A stretch of DNA of 43,069 bases. Origin: Candidatus Iainarchaeum sp. Its GTDB lineage: Archaea > Iainarchaeota > Iainarchaeia > Iainarchaeales > GCA-2688035. A program made the position numbers and the translations under genes. Of the stretch, positions 35,772 to 42,696 are shown piece after piece. Location of the stretch: positions 1 to 43,069 of the forward strand of contig JAGVNX010000040.1 of NCBI GenBank assembly GCA_020053055.1. The letters run 5' to 3'. The number at the start of each line of letters is the position of its first letter. The first letter of the stretch is position 1. Under the pieces are notes generated by a model. The model was given only the letters and a program-made list of their open reading frames with translations. It was not told the DNA's origin and did no database searches.

Positions 35772-35946
35772 AAATTATTGAATCAAATGATTTGAATAAA
35801 ACAAAAAAATTATTGAATTTGTTACGCAAAAAATAATGAAGGAATTGCAATGATTTGTTTAAGCTGTGAAGCAACGGAGAAATAAAATTTGATTAGGGGA
35901 AATTTGGATTCGAAAAGATTAAGCCTTTGAAAAGCAGATTTTTGTA

Positions 35947-37200
35947 ATGCAAGAGGATTTTTCTTTTTTGGATTATTTTTACGAAATGCATTTCGATGAA
36001 AAAGAAAAGAAAAAATTTTCGGATTTTTTCAGAGCAATTGAATTAAGAAAACAAAAAAACTTTGCAAGCGCAATTGCAGACGTTACTAATTTGCCAAAAC
36101 ACACAATTGAAAAATGGCTTTTTGGCAAAAACATTCCTTTTGTCATTAGGCTTTTTCAACATTATAAAAAAATAGGCAAACCCAAAAAGGGTTGCCAATG
36201 GCTTTCCATAAACTCTACAAGAGGCGGGTTATTTACTGGGCCTTGGGTTCAAGTTCCACTAAAAATAAACGCTTTTGAAGAAGTGGAATATGCACTGAAT
36301 CAATTGAAAGAAATAGAAAACTTTCAAGTATTAAAGAAAAAATTTGGCATTAAAACAGCTGAACAAAAAGAACTTCTTTTTGCATATCTTTTAGGAATGC
36401 TTATTGGCGATTCTAGTAAGCCAGCAATCAAAAGAAAAAACAGGACAACGAGGTGCATAACAATCCGTTTGACAACTGCACACGAAAGCAATGAACTTCT
36501 TGGCGAGTTTACAAGTTTGTGTGCCAATGTCTTGGGTTTGAGAATGAAAAAATGCAAAAATTGCCCTGCAGGAAAATGTAATACAAACCCATTCTATACT
36601 TGGATTTCACAATCTTCCCCCTTAATTCAATGGGTATTCAAAGCCTGTTTAGGGCTTGAGGATAATGGAAGAACAACTTATGACAAAATTAAAGCAGACT
36701 GGTTATTGACTGTGCCTAGAGAGTTTAGAATATGCTTTCTGCAAGGCCTTGCAGATTCTGATGGATTTGTGGATTTAAGTGCACAACACGCCGCAGTAAT
36801 AACACACCCAAATACAAATTTAATAGAAAAAATATTTGATTCTTTAGGAGTAAGAACAAGAAGGTGGTTGATAACCCAAACTGGCTTGTGGTGTCTTGTA
36901 GTAAGCATAAAAGATGCTTTTGAATTGCCATTATTTAGCCCAGAGGTCAAAAGTTATCGCTATCAGAAAGTAATTAAATTGTTTAATGCCAAAAGGATAA
37001 TAGGCCACTTTCCTGCTTGGCTGGGAAAAAAAGTTGATGACAACATAAAAGCAGGGATAACTGGAACAAAATTAATGGAAAAAATTCTTGATGAAGACGG
37101 AGTAGCAATTAGAACAAAATCAATAAACAGAAGGAAGAAAAAAATGGAAAGCAAAAAAGAAGGCATTGTATGCCTTGGCATTGAAAGTACCGCACTCTAA
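35947..37200 (+). CDS. LAGLIDADG-family (double-motif) homing-endonuclease-like protein
   Basis: Two motifs, LLGMLIGDSS and FLQGLADSDGFV, about 110 aa apart. The N-terminal ~130 aa look HTH-like. The last 19 codons are kae1 exon 1, and the stop is the first TAA of the kae1 mini-intron. Confidence 0.8.
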   Translation: MQEDFSFLDYFYEMHFDEKEKKKFSDFFRAIELRKQKNFASAIADVTNLPKHTIEKWLFGKNIPFVIRLFQHYKKIGKPKKGCQWLSINSTRGGLFTGPWVQVPLKINAFEEVEYALNQLKEIENFQVLKKKFGIKTAEQKELLFAYLLGMLIGDSSKPAIKRKNRTTRCITIRLTTAHESNELLGEFTSLCANVLGLRMKKCKNCPAGKCNTNPFYTWISQSSPLIQWVFKACLGLEDNGRTTYDKIKADWLLTVPREFRICFLQGLADSDGFVDLSAQHAAVITHPNTNLIEKIFDSLGVRTRRWLITQTGLWCLVVSIKDAFELPLFSPEVKSYRYQKVIKLFNAKRIIGHFPAWLGKKVDDNIKAGITGTKLMEKILDEDGVAIRTKSINRRKKKMESKKEGIVCLGIESTAL

Positions 37201-38169
37201 ATTTAAGGCGGAGATACTTTTGGTGTCGGTATAGTCAGCGACAGCCAGAACCAGTGCAACATTCTTGCAAATGAAAAAAAAAGCTATGTAAGCGAAACAG
37301 GGGGAATTCATCCTAGAGAAGCAGCTGATTTGCATTATTCAAATGCACGGCTTGTTATTGAAGAAGCACTGCAAAAAGCCAATTTGAAAATCAAAGACAT
37401 TGATTTAATCAGTTTTTCAATTGGCCCGGGCCTGGGGCCTTGCTTGCAGGTCGGGGCAGTGGCTGCAAGAGCCCTGGCGCTTGGAAACAAAAAACCTTTG
37501 ATTGGAGTGAACCATTGCGTTGCGCATGTTGAAATTGCAAAAAAAATTACTAATGCAAAAGAAGCAATTTTTGTTTATGCTTCCGGGGCAAACACGCAGA
37601 TAATCGGCTATGAAAGCGGAAAATACAGGGTTTATGGAGAAACCCTTGACATTGGAATCGGAAACCTCCTGGATTCTTTTGGAAGAAGCCTTGGAATTGG
37701 TTTTCCCGCAGGGCCAAAAATTGACGAAATGTACTTTCAGGCAAAAAATTACATTGAACTGCCCTACAGTGTTAAAGGAATGGACCTTGTTTTTGCAGGC
37801 CTGGAAACAGCTGCAGAAAGAAAAATCGGCAAAGCTGACAAAACAGACTTGGCTTACAGTTTAATGCACACTGCCTTTGCGGAATTAACAGAAGTTTCGG
37901 AAAGGGCTCTTGCGCATACTGAAAGAAAAGAGCTTGTTCTGACAGGAGGGGTTGCTGCAAGCAAAGCCCTGCGCAAAATGATGGATGAAATGTGCAATGC
38001 ACGCGGAGCAAAATTATTGGTGCCGCCTTTCGGAGTCTGCACAGATAACGGCGCAATGATTTCATGGCTTGGAATAGTGGAACACAAAGCAGGAATAAAA
38101 CAAGAAATTTTGGAAACAAGAATCCTGCCAAGGCAAAGAACAGACAATGTTGAAATCACTTGGGTATAA
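37144..38169 (+). CDS. kae1: tRNA N6-adenosine threonylcarbamoyltransferase Kae1 (KEOPS catalytic subunit), interrupted by an 18-nt segment; exons 37144-37195 and 37214-38169
   Basis: GIESTA..TFGVGIV, GGIHPREAA, GPGLGPCLQVGA, GVNHCVAHVE, SGANTQ, GETLDIGIGN, GGVAAS and DNGAMI all lie in one frame. In-frame TAA codons occur at 37198 and 37204. The spliced length is 1008 nt (335 aa). Confidence 0.88.
37196..37213 (+). other. Candidate 18-nt bulge-helix-bulge mini-intron in kae1
   Basis: Canonical hBHBh' motif: AAAGUA 37184-89 / UACUUU 37215-20; CCGC 37190-93 / GCGG 37208-11; bulges ACU 37194-96 and AGA 37212-14; inner hairpin 37197-37207. Excision restores ...STA-H-TFGVGIV. Confidence 0.7.
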
Positions 38170-38232
38170 TTTTAATCATTAGCGGAAGTCTACCTCCAAA
38201 AAATTTTTATAAGGCGAATAAGCAATCACTGT

Positions 38233-39366
38233 ATGATGCGTTCATACAGGTTCAGACTTTACCCAAGTAAGGTTCAGGATAAGGCTATGTGCAGCCATCT
38301 TGGCATAAGCAAGAATCTCTGGAATGAGATGCTTGAACATACGCAGAGGATGTATACTGATTATGGAAAGTTCCCAACAAAAAAAGCTCTGAGACAGTTT
38401 GTGAAGGATACTGGTTTGTATTCGCAAGTCGGTCAGGAGCTTGTTGACAGACTGCTTGATGCACTTAAACACAAAATGCAGATGAAGAAAAAAGGTTTGA
38501 AAGGAGGCTTTCCCAGGTTCAAGAGTTTTGACAGGATGAAATCGTTGAACTATCCGCAGAGCGGCTTCAGACTAGGCAAGAAACTAAAGGTTACGTTGTT
38601 CGGTGATATAGCAATCAGGCAGCACAGGGAAATAAAAGGCAAAATAAAGACAATGAGCCTGAAACACGAGCCAAGCGGAAAATGGTTTGCTATTTTTACC
38701 ACAAAGCAGGAAATGCAACATAATGTAAACAACGGGGATAAAGTAGGTCTTGACCTTGGGTTGTTGTCCTTTGCAACTCTTTCTGATGGAACAGTTATAG
38801 ACAACCCGCGGCACTTGAAGAAGTATGAAAACAAGCTTGCAACCCTGCAAAGGACTCTGTCAAAGTCCAGGAAAGGCTCAATAAACAGGAGAAAGACAAA
38901 GCATAGACTTGCTGTCCTGCATGAAAAGATTGCAAACGCAAGAAAAGATTTCCTGCACAAGCTATCAAACAGGTTAACATCAACGTATTCCCTTATTGCA
39001 ATGGAAGAGCTTGCATCAAAAGAAATGGCAGAAAGACAGTTTGGCAAAAGCATCCATGACGCAGGATGGTCAATGTTTACAAGCATGCTACGCTACAAGG
39101 CTGAAAGCGCCGGTTGCAAAGTCATGCTTGTAAACCCAAAGAACACAACAAAACAATGCAGCAAATGCGGAACATTATCAGATAAAACCCTGAGAGACAG
39201 AATGCATAATTGCCCTTCATGCAATCTCTCAATGGACCGCGACCTAAATGCTGCAAAAGTTATACTTGAAAAAGCTAGGGCAGGAACTGCCCAAAGTAAC
39301 GCCTGTGAAGACAAAGCAACAGCTTTGTCCATGAACCAGGACGCCTGCCGCTTCAGCGGCAGGTAG
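38233..39366 (+). CDS. tnpB: TnpB (OrfB_IS605) RNA-guided nuclease family protein
   Basis: 377 aa. The N-terminus YRFRLYPS is typical. RuvC-I is VGLDLGL, RuvC-II is IAMEEL, the zinc ribbon is CSKCG...CPSCN, and RuvC-III is MDRDLNAAKV. All catalytic residues are present. Confidence 0.9.
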   Translation: MMRSYRFRLYPSKVQDKAMCSHLGISKNLWNEMLEHTQRMYTDYGKFPTKKALRQFVKDTGLYSQVGQELVDRLLDALKHKMQMKKKGLKGGFPRFKSFDRMKSLNYPQSGFRLGKKLKVTLFGDIAIRQHREIKGKIKTMSLKHEPSGKWFAIFTTKQEMQHNVNNGDKVGLDLGLLSFATLSDGTVIDNPRHLKKYENKLATLQRTLSKSRKGSINRRKTKHRLAVLHEKIANARKDFLHKLSNRLTSTYSLIAMEELASKEMAERQFGKSIHDAGWSMFTSMLRYKAESAGCKVMLVNPKNTTKQCSKCGTLSDKTLRDRMHNCPSCNLSMDRDLNAAKVILEKARAGTAQSNACEDKATALSMNQDACRFSGR

Positions 39367-39390
39367 TTCACGCAGTACAATAATCAAAAA
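39300..39390 (+). ncRNA. Putative 3' part of the TnpB omega-RNA (reRNA) scaffold
   Basis: Two perfect 8-bp hairpins in the last 60 nt of the ORF: gacaaagc 39310-17 / gctttgtc 39322-29 and cctgccgc 39344-51 / gcggcagg 39356-63, the second with a TTCA loop. This location is typical for omega-RNA. Confidence 0.45.
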
Positions 39391-39448
39391 AATAGGTTTA
39401 AAAATAATTTTTTGGAAGAGTATTTATTACAAGGCTTATTTATCAAAA

Positions 39449-40216
39449 ATGGTTTTTATGATGAAAAAACTTGAAATGGCTGTTTTGTTTGTATTGCTGG
39501 TTGCAACTTTTTCGCTTGGTTTTTTTAGTGCGGATTATTTTAATGCTGTGCCAAACCAATCAGGCGCAGTTATTTTGCCGCTTGCACCGCAAAAAATTCT
39601 TTCCGCATCAATTGACATTGTTGCAGTAAACTCGCAGGACAACACTGGAATAATAAACACTGCCACTGTTGAAATACAGCCAGGGCAGGGAAGAGTGCTG
39701 TTTTCACTGAATCCCTTTGTTGAGCCTGATACTCAGCAGTCAGCGGAAACAGCCAAAGCAGTTGCGGAAGCATTTACACAAACAAGCCTTAAAAATTCCG
39801 ATGTAATTTATTCAATTGAAGCAGGGAATGCACGGCTTGTCGGAGGCCCAAGCGCGGGAGCAGCAATTACAGCGGCAACAATTGCAGCAATAAAAGGAAA
39901 AACAATCAAAAACAATGTTGAAATTACAGGCACAATCAATACTGATGGAAGCATTGGGCAGATTGGAGGCATAATTGAAAAGCTTGGCGCCTGTGCGGAA
40001 AATGGCAAAACACTGTTTTTGGTTCCAAAAGGGCAAAGCACAATTTCATATTACGAACCAAAAATTACAAGGCAGGAACGCGGCAATTTTATAATTGAAA
40101 GGACAACTTATGTTACAAAAACCCTTAATTTGAATGATTATGCAAAGCAACAGGGCTGGAACATTGAAATAAAAGAAGTCACAAACATAGAAGAAGCAAT
40201 GCAAGACTTGTTCTGA
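39449..40216 (+). CDS. Membrane-anchored or secreted Lon-like serine protease (S16 proteolytic domain only)
   Basis: N-terminal TM/signal anchor. The Lon catalytic Ser context is LVGGPSAGAAITAA, and a downstream Lys lies in GQIGGIIEKL. Confidence 0.8.
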   Translation: MVFMMKKLEMAVLFVLLVATFSLGFFSADYFNAVPNQSGAVILPLAPQKILSASIDIVAVNSQDNTGIINTATVEIQPGQGRVLFSLNPFVEPDTQQSAETAKAVAEAFTQTSLKNSDVIYSIEAGNARLVGGPSAGAAITAATIAAIKGKTIKNNVEITGTINTDGSIGQIGGIIEKLGACAENGKTLFLVPKGQSTISYYEPKITRQERGNFIIERTTYVTKTLNLNDYAKQQGWNIEIKEVTNIEEAMQDLF

Positions 40217-40267
40217 TTCTTCCTGTTAAAAAATTGTTAAAAAAAATGCAGCACTTGCAATTAGGGC

Positions 40268-40669
40268 TTAATTTCTTTTTCTATTCTTTAAGAATTCAAG
40301 AACTTCAGTTACCCTTGGCAGAAGATTATCCCGCAACCTTGCATGCCTCCTTATTACTGCTTCTTCTTGCAGGCTCAGCTTTTCCCCTGTCCGCATTCTG
40401 CTTCTTACCAATTTTTTCAGAAACGCATCAACCTCGCCAAAACTAGAAACAAAACTTTGCAAATAATCGCCTATTACCCTTACAGCAAGCCAATTCACTT
40501 TTTTTGCCTTCAAATCTCGCTTAAGCTTATGGCAAGAAGCAATAATTTCTTCAGAAGGATATTCCCTGAAATGCCGGGAAAAAACAGGGTTAAACAATCC
40601 TGCCCTGTGCACCACAATTTTTTTCATCAATCTTAGCCTGGGCCTTACGTTTTTCGCCATAAAAATCAA
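40268..40669 (-). CDS. Hypothetical small basic protein
   Basis: 133-aa ORF, predicted helical. No recognisable motif. Confidence 0.45.
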   Translation of the reverse strand: MIFMAKNVRPRLRLMKKIVVHRAGLFNPVFSRHFREYPSEEIIASCHKLKRDLKAKKVNWLAVRVIGDYLQSFVSSFGEVDAFLKKLVRSRMRTGEKLSLQEEAVIRRHARLRDNLLPRVTEVLEFLKNRKRN

Positions 40670-40799
40670 ATAAAATTAATGTTCCGGGCTTTAAAAATAT
40701 CTTCCAAACGAGGAAAATTTGCAATGCCAAGATTTGTGATTGAACAAGCACTTCTTCCCAAAAATTTTTCCTGCCGAATGGCATAGATTTCAATTTGGC

Positions 40800-41378
40800 C
40801 TATTTTTTTGTGCCTTTGTTTTGCAGCACTAGTTTTTCCTGCCTGTAAAAAGCTGTTTTGGAATAAAGCCAGTAAAATCCAGCAAGCACAAGCAATGCTA
40901 TTCCAAGATTGAAAATGGTTGTAGTCGGCGGAACCATTCCGATTTTGCTCCAGGGAATTAATTCAAACTGAGGGTCAAAAAAAGCTGAAAGAGAAACAAA
41001 AACAACCACGACAAAAAAAAACTCAATCATTAAAAGCGCCGTTTGGCGCGGATCATTTTTTGCATTGGAAACCTTTTGCCTGGCACTCGCCTTGATTTCA
41101 AAAAACGCGTTTTGCTCAGCCCTGTAAAGCAAAGGAAACTTTTTTTTAATTGTAAAAAAAACAATTGCAAAAAGCACTGCGCTTGAAATAAAAATAGCCG
41201 AATCCAAGACATTCGGAGAAAAGGAAAACGCGAATTGCCTTGTTTTAACAACCTCAAAAAAATTAAAGCCAATAATGCTGAAAAAAGAAACAACTGCAAA
41301 AACAGCCAGCAATAATTCAACCAGCACAAGCAATAAAAAATTTTTTCTATCCCGGAATTCATGCAAAGCAGTTTTCAT
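40800..41378 (-). CDS. Hypothetical polytopic membrane protein
   Basis: 192-aa ORF with about 4 hydrophobic segments. A TATA-like tract lies just upstream, so the mRNA may be leaderless. Confidence 0.55.
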   Translation of the reverse strand: MKTALHEFRDRKNFLLLVLVELLLAVFAVVSFFSIIGFNFFEVVKTRQFAFSFSPNVLDSAIFISSAVLFAIVFFTIKKKFPLLYRAEQNAFFEIKASARQKVSNAKNDPRQTALLMIEFFFVVVVFVSLSAFFDPQFELIPWSKIGMVPPTTTIFNLGIALLVLAGFYWLYSKTAFYRQEKLVLQNKGTKK

Positions 41379-41487
41379 GGTTCAAATATAAGGGCGAAGA
41401 AGTATAAAAAAATAGTGTTTCTGGCTTTAGCCTTAATTCCCTGTTTAATTTTAGCAGTGTGTTTCAAACAATATTGGGCTGCCAGAA

Positions 41488-41937
41488 TTATCTTACTAAG
41501 TACGAAGGGTTTACCTTGCCTTTCAAAGGCCCTTTTTTAAAAATTACATCTTTATCAGTCACATAAAGCAATTGCCGCATTAGATTATATGCCCTAAATA
41601 ATTTGCCCCAAGGCCTTTGAGCCATCTTCTCTTCAAGAGAGCCTTGTGAATGGTGTATCCGAGTAAGTGCTTCAGTAAGCTCTGCTTCCAAGGCAGGGAA
41701 ACTTCGTGCAAATCTTATAAAAACTAGTTTTTTTCGATGAGGATTCACCAGATGTTCCTTCGCTATGCGTTCCCTGGCTATAAAAAAAAATGGAAAATTA
41801 TTGCAGTTTCCCCTAAACTCACTTACACTTTCAAATACGTGCTGGGCTGCAATTTTTGGCTGAACAATTGCCCTTGCTTTTTTTCTTGGCCTTGAAAAAA
41901 CCCTTCCAAATCTTTGATTACTCTTAGCCCTTGACAA
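41488..41937 (-). CDS. Hypothetical basic protein
   Basis: 149-aa ORF with no recognisable domain. It shows faint similarity to the 40268-40669 product (LxNP..F.R.(F/Y)P..E; W...R....Q). Confidence 0.45.
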   Translation of the reverse strand: MSRAKSNQRFGRVFSRPRKKARAIVQPKIAAQHVFESVSEFRGNCNNFPFFFIARERIAKEHLVNPHRKKLVFIRFARSFPALEAELTEALTRIHHSQGSLEEKMAQRPWGKLFRAYNLMRQLLYVTDKDVIFKKGPLKGKVNPSYLVR

Positions 41938-42022
41938 AAAAAATCGCCTCGTTTATACCCAGAATATCCTGCAATTAAAATATAAAACAATTCACGCCAA
42001 AAACTTCCAGAGCAAAACCGTT

Positions 42023-42628
42023 TCACCTTGAACTGAAAATCCATTCAAAAAAGCTTTTCAGCAAGAAATCCAAAAAACCAAGCAATTGCACAAGCAAGAA
42101 AGAATTAATGCTCAAAACGAACAAAAACACTGCCCAAACAAATCTCAAGGCAGAAGACTTGTCAAACAAAAGGAAAAATCCGCTTAAAAAAACCAGTGGA
42201 AAAAAAATAAACGGCGATAAAACAAGCCATAAAAACCTTGAAAAAATGCTTCCGCGCACAATCCTTTTTTTCAAGGAACCAGTAACAATATCAAAAGTGT
42301 TCATTGCATCAATCCTGCTTGGAAAAGAAAAAAGAATAATTGAAAAGCCAAGCCAATAAAACAAAACAGAAAGCAGAAACATTCTTGAAATCAGTTCAAA
42401 AGCAAAAACCAATAATTCAAGGCCAAGAATTGTTCCAACAACAAACGGCGCAATGCTGATAACAGGAGATTGCCAGGCCCTTGGAATATCATGCCTGACA
42501 AACGCTTCTTCAGAATCAAAAAGCCTGACTTCCTTAACCTTAACCCCGACAAGAACACAGGCCAAATAATGGGACAATTCGTGAAAAACAATGCCAGGAA
42601 AAAAAATATGCTGAAATTTCAAAGCCAT
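42023..42628 (-). CDS. Membrane protein with an HExxH zinc-metalloprotease motif
   Basis: GIVFHELSHYLA lies near the N-terminus, followed by several TM segments. Confidence 0.6.
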   Translation of the reverse strand: MALKFQHIFFPGIVFHELSHYLACVLVGVKVKEVRLFDSEEAFVRHDIPRAWQSPVISIAPFVVGTILGLELLVFAFELISRMFLLSVLFYWLGFSIILFSFPSRIDAMNTFDIVTGSLKKRIVRGSIFSRFLWLVLSPFIFFPLVFLSGFFLLFDKSSALRFVWAVFLFVLSINSFLLVQLLGFLDFLLKSFFEWIFSSR

Positions 42629-42696
42629 AAAAAAACCTTTTCTTAAAAAGAAAAGCCTTGAGGAAGCATTAAAAACTGGGCTCTAAAAAAACAGGA

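Larger units (their letters stand above)
38170..39400 (+). mobile_element. IS200/IS605-family element carrying tnpB only (no tnpA); ends not defined
   Basis: A TnpB ORF inserted between the kae1 stop and the next gene. It looks slightly more GC-rich and lacks poly-A runs, by eye. Boundaries are approximate. Confidence 0.6.

Noticed and set aside
37198-37206. kae1 as a plain pseudogene, stop-codon reassignment, or ribosomal bypass or frameshift.
   Set aside because: TAA is used as an ordinary stop by many genes in the window, so reassignment is unlikely. No matching take-off and landing codons are present, and no alternative frame carries the motif. The rest of kae1 is fully intact with all motifs. 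The BHB explanation is more economical, but a pseudogene cannot be excluded without RNA data.
35883-37215. A large (1333-nt) endonuclease-containing intron joining the upstream mini-ORF (MICLSCEATEK, 35850-35882) to ACT 37216. This would give MICLSCEATEK-TFGVGIV..., in frame and of the right length.
   Set aside because: I could find no BHB or other pairing between the two junctions. The upstream copy has lost the conserved Gly of the GxE(G/S)T motif. The downstream copy has a perfect local BHB that explains the stops on its own. I keep it only as a possible decayed duplicate.
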